NCBI GenBank assembly: GCA_025594325.1 | Contig: JANHCV010000001.1 | Span: 3,658,001-3,722,000 of the forward strand | Source: Blastocladiella emersonii ATCC 22665 | Taxonomy: Eukaryota; Fungi; Blastocladiomycota | Direction: 5' to 3' | DNA length: 64,000 nucleotides | Shown: positions 1 through 10,446 of the stretch, piece after piece | Layout of the letters: each line of letters starts with the position of its first letter | Position numbering within the stretch: position 1 is the stretch's first letter | Notes under the pieces: generated by a model | The model's input: only the letters and a program-made list of their open reading frames with translations | Database searches by the model: none | What the model was told of the DNA's origin: nothing | Translations under genes and position numbers: made by a program

Positions 1-952
1 GCCGCACGATAGACGCGTCGAGGTAGTCGCACTGCGCCCGTGCAGTGCTATTGCTCAAGGCCAGCACTCGCGTTGCGAGGATCAGTGAGTGACTGCACTG
101 CAAGCCGTTCAAGGAGGCGAAGCGAGCGGAGAGCGATTTCACGCCGCTGACCGCAAGCGTGATGAACGATCACAGCTCGATCACGAAGGGCCAGGCTGGA
201 ACCTAACCGCGGCAGTCGGGCGCGACCCACATGGGGCCAGCTGTCCGTTTCAGGGTCGTTTACCCGCGGTCGGCCCCGAGGAGGAGGTGGCGGCCACCAA
301 CCGTTGTTCGCCGGCCATGACGTGTGCCGCCACAAGCGGGCAGTCGCCGCCGTCGCCGACCTTGATTGGTCCCTGCCGGCGCGAAACGGCGCCGGCCGTT
401 AGAGATCGGGCTTCGGGCATCGCCGGCACGGCCGCAGCGTCGCGCACGCGCAAGCTCCGTTCCTCCGAGTTGGGATAAGCTAGAGGAAACGCGTCGGAGA
501 AGCCCGAATTTGGGGGCACGATGGCGCTGCCTGGGCCGGGAGTCGGGAGGCGACCGTAGCCGTGCCAAGGCCGATAGCCGTGGGGCGATGACGTGAATCG
601 CGACGCGGATAAGCAGGCGCGGTGGGCGACCACGAGGGCAAACCGGCCGACCTGGGCCGCTGTGAAAAGCAGCAAAGTGCTTCGCCACCATGGCCGGCCA
701 CCGGCCCGCTCCGCTCCGCCTTGCCTCGCCGCAGTCCGCCTCGCCGGCTCGCACGCGCGCGATCTCTTCTCTCTCGCGCGAGCGAGCGTCTGAGCGAGCG
801 TGAACTTGAGCGCCGACCATCCCGGGTCTCCCACCACCGCACCGCCGCCGAGCCTCCCCCGTTCTCCTCTCTCCCTACCTCTCTCTCCTCTCGGTCGACG
901 GCTCCGTGCTCGCGAGCGTGCTCTGACCCCGCGCCCACTTGCGATCGCCAAG

Positions 953-1024
953 GTACGCGCTCCTCTGCTGCTCGCGACGTTGTCGCGGTCGCGTCGTACA
1001 CCTTTTCTCTAACGGGTGGCTCAG
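953..1024 (+). other. Probable 5'-UTR intron of the downstream membrane-protein gene
   Basis: Donor AG|GTACGC at 953, CTAAC branch point at 1009-1013 and CAG acceptor ending 1024; same 60-85 nt intron style as the rest of the window; lies upstream of the likely ATG at 1356. Confidence 0.55.
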
Positions 1025-1355
1025 CGCGTCCCCTCCAGCCCGCCACCAGCCCGCGCCACGACGTCACCCTCGCCCCGCCGCCGCTTCGTCATCGGGAAGC
1101 CGCGTTCCCGACTACCGCAGCGCGCCCTCCAAGGTCGGCGTAGTGCTCGTGCTCTACGACGCTCTCCCCATCCGCCTCGCGCGCGCGCACTCGCACGCGG
1201 TCCATCGCCTCGGCTCGCCGGTCCCTTGCTTCGGCTCGCGCTCCTCTCTCCATCGACGCCATTCGCCGCCGCCACACTCGAACCACTACCGCCAACGACG
1301 CCGTCGGCCCTGCCGCCCTCGCCACCCTCTTCCACTTGACGCATTGCCCTCGGCC

Positions 1356-4154
1356 ATGCCCGCCAGCGCCGTTGCGCACGGAACGGGTCCCGTTTCCGAC
1401 CATCACCACCACCACGGCCATGCTGCCGAGCCGCACGCGTCGCTCCGGCGCACCCGCAGCGGTGGCGCGGGCAGTGACTCGCTCGCCGCCGCGGCATCGC
1501 ACGACAGCAGCCGCGACGCGTCTGCGCCACCACCACCACCACCACCGCCGACGCTCCTGACATCCGGTGCAGCAGCAGCCAAGTCAACTGCCGCCGCGGC
1601 GGCCGTGAGCCCCGTCGTGCCGCTGACGCCGAGCGCGCTGTTCGCCGCCGCCGCCGCCGAAACGCCCTCAACCACCACCGCGGGCTGGGCGTACTCGTCG
1701 TCGCTGCCCGTGTCGCCCGCGACGTTCATGGGCCGCGTCGCGTCGCCCGCCGCGTGGTCCACGTCGCTGCCGTCGGCCTCGGAGCTCGCCGCCACGCACC
1801 CGCCGTCGCCGCCCATTGCGCTCGCGCCCGTGTCGATCCATGGCGCCGCCGCGACACCGCCGCGCTCGCCCACGTCCGCGGGCATCGTCCCGCCGCCGCC
1901 CATCCCCAGCGAGCACGACTCCGGCTCGGTCCCGCGCCTCGTCGACCCCGTCATCCCGCTACCCGCCTTCTCGTCCGAAGCCCTCGCGACGCCCGCACGG
2001 AGGCATCACCGCACGTCGCGCTCGCCGCGCTCGCGATCACCGGGCCGGCCGCCGCGCAACCCGAGCCCGTCAGCCCGCGCGCGAACACCGGCCGCGGCGG
2101 TGGGCGGCAAAGGTAAGCGGCGAACTGGGCTCGCTGCTGCTGTCAACCGCCGCGCCGCTGCCGCCGCCGTCATCCGCCCACACTCGCACGCGTCGTCGCC
2201 CGGATCGCTCGCGTCGTCGTCGCTCCCGTCACGCTCCGGCTCGCTGCGCACCTCGGCCGGGTTCTTGCACCACGACGACGACGATAATTCGGACGAGGAT
2301 CCCGAAGCCCTCCTCGAGCCGTACGTGTACGGGTCGAGTCTCGCCGCGAGCTCGCTGATCCACGCGCGCGTCCCCGACGGCTTCGGCCTGGTCCGCCGCT
2401 CGAGCTCCGACGGCTCGCTGCCGCTGCTCGCCGTGCCCGCCCGGTTCACGTCCATCCCGACCACGCCCATCGCCGCCCAGGCGTACATCCGCGCGCGTGA
2501 CCGACAGCGACGCCGCGAGGAGGAGCGACAACAACAGCAGCAGCTTCGTCCAAAGTCCGCGCTCGCGTCGTACCGCCGCGGTAGCAGCGGCGGCGACAAG
2601 TACGCGGCGTGGACGGGCGCCGCGAGCTCGTACGACGGCGGCGAATCCGAGGATGACGGCCACCACCACCACGACGTCGCTGCGCCGGTGCAGCAGCAGC
2701 AGCACCGCCGGCCACGCCTGTCGGTGCAGGCGCGCTACGCCCACCACCACTACGGCGCCACCGCCGACCAGCACCCCCACGCGCAGTCGGGCGCCGAGGC
2801 CATGTTCGCGCGCATCTTCCGCCAGCCGCCGCGGTCGCAGCCGACCTCGCGCTCGCCACCGCCACCGCCGCCGCACCGGGCACGCACCTCCCGCGGCGTC
2901 GCCGGGGACCGCCACGACGACGAGGCGCTGGGCGTCTCGGACAAGTCGCCCGACGACCGCGACTCGGCCGCCGGCAGCCAGTTTGGCGACGGCAGCGCGC
3001 GCGGCGGCGGTGCCTACTGGTGGGACCCGGCTGCGGTCATGGCGGCGGGGCCGGGCAGCAGTAGTCGTGGGAGCAGCCCATCGCGCGTGTCCCCGTTCCT
3101 CCTGGGCGCTGGCGTCCGGGGGAACAGCGGTGGCTCGCCCGCGTCGGGGATCCACTCGGCGCGGTACGTGCCGCCCGGGCCCGGGCCCGGGTCCTACGCC
3201 GTGGATATCGGCAGCGACGACGACGACTACGACTACGACGAGGACTACGCGTACGCGTACGGCAGCAAGCAGCAGCAGTGCGCGGCCGCGCCGACGGAGC
3301 GCACGGCGCTGCTGCACCGGTACGCGTCGTCGCGTCTGCGTCGGACGGGCGACTCGCGCGACGCGTCGACCCTGTCCATCAACTACGCGGGCGGTTCCGG
3401 CGCGCGGTACGACCCGCCGCCGCCGTCGCGCCTGATCGCGCTCGTCATCCTGCTCGCGGCGCTGACCGGGTTCATTGTGCTCGTCGTGTTCCTCGTGTAC
3501 GCGTCGACGCACCCGCTCGTCGCGTTCAAGGTGCACGTTGCGGCGACGCGGCTCGCGACCGACGACACCACGGGAACGCTCGCGAGTATCGGGCTGGACC
3601 TCAACGTCTCGGGCCACAACAAGAACTACATGTCCGATATCGTCCTGCGCCAGGATCTCCCGCTCGACGTGGTCCTTGTCGAGTGGCGGCGGCCCGCGCC
3701 CGTCGTCGGCGCGGCGGCCGTCGTGGAAGATGACGACGACGACGAGGATGATGCTGACGACGTCCCGCCCGCCTCGGCCCCGCCCGCCGCTGCCCCTGCG
3801 CCCTTCACGTGCGACTCGATCCCGGCGCAGGGCCGCGCGTTCCTCGGCCACCTGACGCTGCACAAGCACAAGAACCACTTCACGTTCCCGCCGGGAGCAA
3901 CGTCCAAGTGGCGCGTCACGGCCGACATCAACCGGCCGTCCGCGGTCGTCCCGCCGCCGCCAGGTCACGGCGACGGCAGCGGCGACGCGGGGATCTGGGA
4001 CCGGTACGCGGCCAGCGGCAACAATTCGGCGGTTCAGTACTACCTCGCGGTCCACGGCGAGTACGGGTACACGCAGGTCTGGACCGTCGAGCGCAAGCTG
4101 CCCGTGTGCATGGTCCACCGGTTACCGCCGCCATCGGCGCCGTCGTCGTCGTAG
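1356..4154 (+). CDS. Type II membrane protein: long Ser/Pro/His-rich disordered N-terminus, one TM helix, C-terminal LEA_2-like beta-sandwich (~932 aa)
   Basis: Within ORF 939..4154; ATG at 1356 in gccATG context with GC3-biased codons downstream; TM segment LIALVILLAALTGFIVLVVFLVYA followed by beta-rich segments (FKVHVAATRL, LDLNVSGHNKNY, YYLAVHG). Start codon and domain label are inferred. Confidence 0.7.
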   Translation: MPASAVAHGTGPVSDHHHHHGHAAEPHASLRRTRSGGAGSDSLAAAASHDSSRDASAPPPPPPPPTLLTSGAAAAKSTAAAAAVSPVVPLTPSALFAAAAAETPSTTTAGWAYSSSLPVSPATFMGRVASPAAWSTSLPSASELAATHPPSPPIALAPVSIHGAAATPPRSPTSAGIVPPPPIPSEHDSGSVPRLVDPVIPLPAFSSEALATPARRHHRTSRSPRSRSPGRPPRNPSPSARARTPAAAVGGKGKRRTGLAAAVNRRAAAAAVIRPHSHASSPGSLASSSLPSRSGSLRTSAGFLHHDDDDNSDEDPEALLEPYVYGSSLAASSLIHARVPDGFGLVRRSSSDGSLPLLAVPARFTSIPTTPIAAQAYIRARDRQRRREEERQQQQQLRPKSALASYRRGSSGGDKYAAWTGAASSYDGGESEDDGHHHHDVAAPVQQQQHRRPRLSVQARYAHHHYGATADQHPHAQSGAEAMFARIFRQPPRSQPTSRSPPPPPPHRARTSRGVAGDRHDDEALGVSDKSPDDRDSAAGSQFGDGSARGGGAYWWDPAAVMAAGPGSSSRGSSPSRVSPFLLGAGVRGNSGGSPASGIHSARYVPPGPGPGSYAVDIGSDDDDYDYDEDYAYAYGSKQQQCAAAPTERTALLHRYASSRLRRTGDSRDASTLSINYAGGSGARYDPPPPSRLIALVILLAALTGFIVLVVFLVYASTHPLVAFKVHVAATRLATDDTTGTLASIGLDLNVSGHNKNYMSDIVLRQDLPLDVVLVEWRRPAPVVGAAAVVEDDDDDEDDADDVPPASAPPAAAPAPFTCDSIPAQGRAFLGHLTLHKHKNHFTFPPGATSKWRVTADINRPSAVVPPPPGHGDGSGDAGIWDRYAASGNNSAVQYYLAVHGEYGYTQVWTVERKLPVCMVHRLPPPSAPSSS

Positions 4155-4279
4155 CGCGGCAGCTCGACTTGCTGCCGCCGCCCGCCCGCCCGCCTCGCTC
4201 CGCTGCTGGCCAGCGCGGACTTGGCCGCGGCGGCCGCTGCGGCTCCGCTCATTTTGGTTACCCCCCTCCCCTTCATTCA

Positions 4280-4735
4280 TCACCCAATTCTACTCTCTCT
4301 CCCACTACTGATATATTTTGATACAATGCGTGTGTGTAAGCTCGGCTCAAGAGCGTAAACCATGCTGCATGCATCGCGCGATGGTCGCTCGGCGCGCGAA
4401 CGGCTCGTGCAGGTAATCTGGACGAGTTGCACGACGACCGAGCCCATGGTCACCGCCACGCCAGCCTTGGAAGCGACCGTGCTGATAGCACGAGCGCCAA
4501 AGTGGGAAGCGACGCTGACCACGACAATGGTGATGGCAGCGGCGATCAAGGAGATTTTGTTGACCGTGTTCAGCACGCCGCGACCATCGTTCGTGCGAGC
4601 TGCCGACGGCTTGGTCGCAACTTGGAGAGCGGGTCTGGCTGACTCCTTGGTGGGGGCGGGGCAGTCGAAGGTGTACTGGCTCGAGGGCTTGTGCCGGAGA
4701 AGCGGTGTCGAGGGATCGTCGACCGCGGTGGCCAT
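4280..4735 (-). CDS. Small hypothetical membrane protein (151 aa, two hydrophobic segments)
   Basis: ATG in the tcaccATGgcc context used by other genes here; hydrophobic stretches ISLIAAAITIVVVSVAS and AGVAVTMGSVVVQLV; no family recognised. Confidence 0.45.
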   Translation of the reverse strand: MATAVDDPSTPLLRHKPSSQYTFDCPAPTKESARPALQVATKPSAARTNDGRGVLNTVNKISLIAAAITIVVVSVASHFGARAISTVASKAGVAVTMGSVVVQLVQITCTSRSRAERPSRDACSMVYALEPSLHTRIVSKYISSGRESRIG

Positions 4736-4997
4736 GGTGAAAAGTGTTAGCGCCGATGCTAGGGAGAGAGAGAACAGTGCCGCGAGTCCAAGCGGCGATC
4801 CTTCGCTCTAGGTGGCAGCTTCTCTTTCGACTTCGGCAAACACGTGTACTGGGTGTATGCATCTCCGAAAAGCGAGGCCGAGGCCGTGCATGTGAGTGGC
4901 GCAGCGCGTCAAAGTCGCGCCTGTGTTGATCACGCCGAACGAACCTCCCATCACTGCATCAATGACTCAAAAACGCGATATATATACAATGTACACT

Positions 4998-7535
4998 CTA
5001 CGCCGCCTGCTGCGCGGCCTGGATCGCGTTCAACGCGCCGCCGGCGCGGATCCACGCGAGCTGGTTGCGCGTGAGCGAGTTGACCATATAGATCGGCTCG
5101 CCGACGATCTCGCCAGCCGTGTCGAGGACCACGAGCTGCACAGCGTGCGGGTCCACGACATCGCCCTCGGTGGTCCCGCTCGCCTCGGCCGCGCGGGCCA
5201 TGAGCCCGATGAGTCCGTGCGTCTCGATACGAACGCCCGCGGCCATGCGCGCGTACCCGACGTCCGGGTCGGCGAACGTGAGCGGGACCACGCCCTGCTT
5301 CTTGAGGTTGGTCTCGTGGATCCGCGCAAACGACCTTGCCACGACGAGTGGGCACCCGAGGAACCGCACCTGCAGCGCGGCGTGCTCGCGCGCCGACCCC
5401 TCGCCGTAGTTGGTGTCGCCGACCACGACCCACGGCACGCCCGCGGCCGCGAGCCGGCGCGCGACGTCCGGGATCGGCGCGGCCGAGCTCCCATTCACGT
5501 CGAGCGTGGTCCCGACCGCGCCCGTCTCGTCGTTGACCGCCGTCATGAGCGTGTTGCGCGCAATGTTGGTCAGGTGGCCCTTGTACTTGAGCCACGGGCC
5601 CGCCGCGCTGATGTGGTCGGTCGTGCACTTTCCGCGGACCCGCACCAGAACGCGCCCGCCGACCTCGCCGCCGCCCCACGCCGCCCACGTCGGCAGCCGC
5701 TCGAGCCGGCTGCTGCCCGGCGGGATCTCGACGGCCACTGACGCGTCGGGTGCGCCGCGCTCCGCGTGCACCGCGGGCGCCGCGAACCCGCGCGCGGGGA
5801 GCCGCGGGAGGTCTGCAGCGGGCGGGCGCAGCGTGACGGCGCGGTCCGACCCGTCGGCCGCCGGCAGCGTGTCTGTGGCCGGGTTGAAGGCGAGCGAGCC
5901 GCCGAGCGCCAGCGCCGCCACGGTCTCGGGCGACGCCAGGAAGTGCAGCGTCTGCGCGTTCCCGTCGTTGCGGCCCGCGAAGTTGCGGTTGAACGACGAC
6001 ACCATGACGTTAGGACCCGCCGTGGACTCCGAGCCGGCCCCGCGCTTCCACTGCCCGATACAAGGGCCGCACGCGTTGGCGAGGACCGTAGCGCCGACGC
6101 GCGTGAGCTTGGCCGTGAGCCCGTCGCGGTCGAGCGTGGCGCGGATCGCGTCGCTGCCGGGGGTCACGAGGAGCGACGTCGCTGGCGGCGCGGCGCCCGC
6201 AGCGACGGCCGACGTCAGCACGTCCGCGGCGCGGCCCATGTCCTCGTACGACGAGTTGGTGCACGACCCGATCAGCGCCGCCGACACGGCGAGCGGCCAG
6301 CCCTCGGCCGCGGCGCGCGCGCGCAGCTGCGACAGCGGGATCGCGCGGTCCGGCGAGAACGGGCCGTTCAGGTGCGGCTCGAGCGTCGACAGGTCGATCT
6401 CGATGACCCGGTCGTAGTACTGGCCGGGCGCAGCGTGCACTTCGGGGTCGGCCGAGAGTAGCGGGGCGCGGACCGAGTCGAGCGTCGAGACCAGGTGCCC
6501 GCGGTGCGTGTGCGTCAGGTACGTCCGGATCGCGTCGCTGTACGCGAAGATGGACGTGGTCGCGCCCATCTCGGCGCCCATGTTGGCGATGGTCGCGCAC
6601 GCCGTCGCGGACAGCGTGTCGAGGGCGTCACCAAAGTACTCCTGTAGTCGGAAGTGGTCAGTTGACGGTTATTACTCGAGAGGGTGAATGAAGAAGCGCA
6701 CCAGAATGTGCCCGGTCCCGCCGCGCACCGTGAGCTGGCCGAGGAGGTACAGGGCGACGTCCTTGGGGCTGGTCCATCCCTGCAGCTTGCCCGTGAGGCG
6801 GATCCCCGTCACGCGCGGCGCCGCGAGCTCCCAGGGGATCCCGCACATGGCGTCGACGGCGTCGGCCCCGCCGACCCCGATCGCCATGGCGCCGGCGCCG
6901 CCCGCGTTGGGCGTGTGGCTGTCGGTGCCGAGCAGCAGCATCCCGGGCGCCGCGTAGTTCTCGAGAACCAGGCTGTGGATGATCCCGTTGCCGGGCGCCC
7001 AGAAGTCGAACCCGAACCGGCGCGACGCCGACGACAGGAACGTGTAGATCTCGGCGTTCTCCGTGTACGACGTGGCGACGTTGGCCGCGGCCACACTGGC
7101 GCCGTCCCGCGCGGTGCCGCTGCTCGTGTCGGCGGCGATCAGGTGGTCGCAGTGCACCGACACGGGCACGCGCGACGCCGGCAGCGCGGCCTGCATGAAC
7201 TGGAGGATCGCCGTCTGCGCGCTCGCGTCCTGCATCGCGACGCGGTCCGGCCGCAGCAGCAGCGCCGACGACCCGCGCACCGCCGAGGACGCCGACCGCG
7301 GGTCCGCCAGGTGCGCGAACAGGTACTTCTCGGCCAGCGTCAGCGGCCGACCGCCCGTCGCCTCGCGCGCAACGGCGAGCCGCGACGTTAGGCGGGCGTA
7401 GTCGGGGAACGGCGTGTCACGCGCAAACTGCGCGACGTGCGCGTCCGAGATGCTGGCGAGCGACCGCCGCGATCGTAGGCCGAGGGCGCGGGATGGGGCT
7501 GCGGCCCGGTTGCATTGTGCGAGTCGAGAGTACAT
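4998..7535 (-). CDS. ACO2: Mitochondrial aconitase-family protein, fungal Aco2 (homocitrate dehydratase) type; exons 7535-6702 and 6641-4998 (~825 aa)
   Basis: Motifs DRVAMQDASAQ, HCDHLI, GTDSHTPNAGG, LIGSCTNSSYEDM, ANACGPCIGQW, TTDHISAAGPW, FARIHETNLKKQG; a 60-nt GTGCGC...CTACAG intron restores GGTGHIL|EYFG; N-terminal presequence-like segment. Aco2 versus Aco1 assignment is from recalled diagnostic residues. Confidence 0.92.
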
Positions 7536-8115
7536 GGTTGTGGAGGAGTGCGTGTTGAGAAGTGAAGGTGCATCCAGCGAGCGGGTCCCGGCGGGCTTTA
7601 TAGTGCCGCTAAGTCCAATTCAACTTGCTTGGATCGGAGGACTCCGCGAGATGGATGCCCATCGTTCGCGGGCGCGGCGACGGCGGCCACGCGACCCCGC
7701 GGGCACGCGTCGAGATAAGATCGCGATGAGATGCAGCCCGCCGCGCCACCCACGTGAGGCCCCGCCACGGCCCTCTTCTCCGCGCGATCATCTCTCGTCG
7801 GTCGGAAGTCCAACTCGGCCGTGCGTGATGTCCGGCGTGATGCCGACTCTGTGGTGGGTGCAATGGGGTCGTGATCTCGCCGTGGTCGTAGTGCTCGGCC
7901 CATTGACGAGACCGCGGCGATCGACTGCTTGGGGACCTCTACGCCGCCATGGCCATGGTCGTGAATCTGGACATGTGCCGCAACAGACCTCAGAAGCTAG
8001 GAAGCGACGAGGCACGGCCGTGGACAAGGGAACTGCCGTGGACTGCCGTGGAACCGTCGCTGAGGGGTCGGCGTGCCGCTCGCGGCCCCTGCTCCCATCC
8101 AGCATCACCTTCACC

Positions 8116-8651
8116 ATGTCGTCGGTAAGATGGACCCACGCCACTTGATGCAACGCGACCGCTCATGTAAACCAATGTAATCTGCAGAGCAAGGACGCCC
8201 ACCGTCACTACATCGACATGGCCGCGAACGCGGCCTCGGCCTTCGTCAAGTCCTTTTACCCGATGTTCGACGCGCAGCGCGCGCAGCTGCGCCCGCTCTA
8301 CAAGGAGTCCTCGACCATCGTGTGGAACGGCACCAGCTACACGGGCCCGGCCTTCCGCGAGTTCTACCTGACGCTGCCCGCGACCGAGCACCGCGTCGAT
8401 GCGTTCGACGCGCAGCCCGTCCTCGCCTCCATCACGCCCTCGGGAACGTGCAGTTTCCTCGTCACGGGTACGCCGTGCTATTGCCTACCGACTTACGATG
8501 CAACTCACACACCCACGATCCAGTCAACGGCACCGTCACGTTCGCGAGCGACAAGAAGTCGCGCAAGTTCTCCGACTCCTTCACCCTGTCGCCCGTGCCC
8601 GACCAGCCCACCGTGCACTACATCTCGTCCGAGTGCTTCCGCTTTGTCTGA
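8116..8651 (+). CDS. NXT1: NTF2-related export protein NXT1/p15; exons 8116-8124, 8188-8467, 8524-8651
   Basis: Spliced sequence AASAFVKSFYPMFD...LYKESSTIVWNG...DAQP...VNGTVTF...ISSECFRFV matches the NTF2-fold NXT1 pattern; canonical GT-AG introns keep the frame. Confidence 0.85.
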
Positions 8652-8744
8652 GCGGGTCGTCTAGTTTAGTAAAAACCTTTGTTTTCTATCACTGCGCGCG
8701 TCTAATCTCGCTCCACCGTGAGCGTGTGCCCGTCCTCGACGAGC

Positions 8745-9995
8745 TCAGAACTGGTCCTCGAAGTCCTCCCACTCGTCTACACGTTTCCCGCCAGCGGTCA
8801 ATTCACGCGGCGACACGATCGAGAGTGCGGCCCGTCCGTACCCTCGGTGATCGCGGCCCAGTACTTGTGCATGCAGAAGAAGGCGAGGAACGTGGACAGC
8901 GTGCTGAATGCCTTGCCATCTACATCCTCGCGAAACGTCAGCGACCATCCCTGACTGGCTTTCGTGCGAGTCCCGCCCAACGCACCGACGTAGCGCGACG
9001 TCGCCCAGCAGATGCTGTCGCTGATCGCAAAGTTGAACACCTGCGCCAGCGCAAAGAACACGAGCGCCGCCGTCAGGAACACTACACACACCGCGCGTCA
9101 GTTCCACACCGCCCCAAGCATCCTGCGAAGCGATCGTACCGAGAGGCTTCCGCGCGCTCAGCTGCGTAAAGACGAGCAGGACTTGCGTGATGAAATACAG
9201 CACGGCGGCCGCCGCAGGGACCACGAGCACCAGGACCAGCAGCGGGATCGACATGAGCTTCGGGCCCGGCGTGAACGCGTTGGTGATCCCGAGCGCCGTG
9301 TCTGCCGCGATGTACCCGGTCCCGATGAACACGAGGATGGCTGTCGTCGCGATCGACTAGCGGAGCGCAGGGTAAGCGAATAGTCGTGTGCGGGAGAGAT
9401 GAGAATGGGGAGACGTACGTAGACGGACGCGGGCGAGCCATCGGGCAGCAGCTGGAACCCGACGAACCCGTTGAGCAGGATCACCCAGCCGATGCTCGCG
9501 ATCAGCGCGACGTGGACGATGGCCGACCACTACACGAAGCGATCCCATCAGCTGCGGTCGCGAAACACCACGGCGAGAGGAACGACGTACGAGCAGCATG
9601 TCGCTGATCAGCTCGGGCTCGGACGTCATCCATCCGCCGACCGAGATGATCTGTGCGACGAGCAGGAAGAAGAAGAGCAGGTTGAGGATCCCCATCTCGG
9701 ACCGCCCGACCGCCGCATACTTGGAGTGCGTGCGGTACGCCACGAGCACCGTGCAGCACAGGAAGATGAGGCACAGGATGACATCGGCTACAGATCCGCC
9801 AAACCATGGTCAGTGTCCGGCGGGCAGCCGCGCGAGCGAGCGGGGGCGGACCATACCAATGTCAAGGATCTTGACGAGCCCCAGGTTGAGCCCCTGCAGC
9901 GCGCAGTTCTTGTCGCCGCGCAGGACGAAGATGGAGCACAGCGGTATGCTCGACGCCGTGCGGCAGATGCTCGCGAACGAGCCGATGGCGTCCAT
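8745..9995 (-). CDS. CHS7: Chitin synthase export chaperone (Chs7 family), multi-exon, 7-TM
   Basis: N-terminal GSFASICRTASSIPLC, KYAAVGRSEM, ILLNGFVGFQLLPDGS and FSTLSTFLAFFCMHKYWAAITE are Chs7 hallmark motifs spread over short-intron exons; first intron 9856-9788 checked, other junctions approximate. Confidence 0.88.
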
Positions 9996-10446
9996 GGTGG
10001 TGATGGTGACCGCGGCGTCAGACAGGGGGATGGTCGAGTTTGATGTTCTTTGGACGAGTGACGTCGAGCGCGTGTGTATCAAAGAGCCTTCGTCGCTGCA
10101 GCAGCGGGGGACAGTTGCATCAGTGCGGGGGGAAGGCGTCTAGTCTATGCTTGCAGCGCAAGCGGGATATCATCCACTGCCGCTGCTTATTGCGCCCAGT
10201 GCGAGCGGATATCACTGGGTCTCCGTCGGCCCGCGGGAGACAGCGGCAGGCTGGATCAAACAAAAAACGACGCGTCGCGTTTCGGCTCGCGTGACCGCTG
10301 CGAGACGCGTCGCTCTGGAAAATGTCTCGCACCTCGCCCGCTGCGCCACCACCACGACTGCGACCAAGCGTGTGCACAAAAATCGAGTGTGGTCATGTAT
10401 TCGAGGGGGAGCGAGGCGGAGAGAGTAGTATACAAGGGGGAGGGTT

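Noticed and set aside
1-340. Possible 5' end of a minus-strand gene (ATG at 318, GTAAAC donor-like site)
   Set aside because: The tested splice combinations hit stops or gave no recognisable protein, and the window edge prevents resolution.
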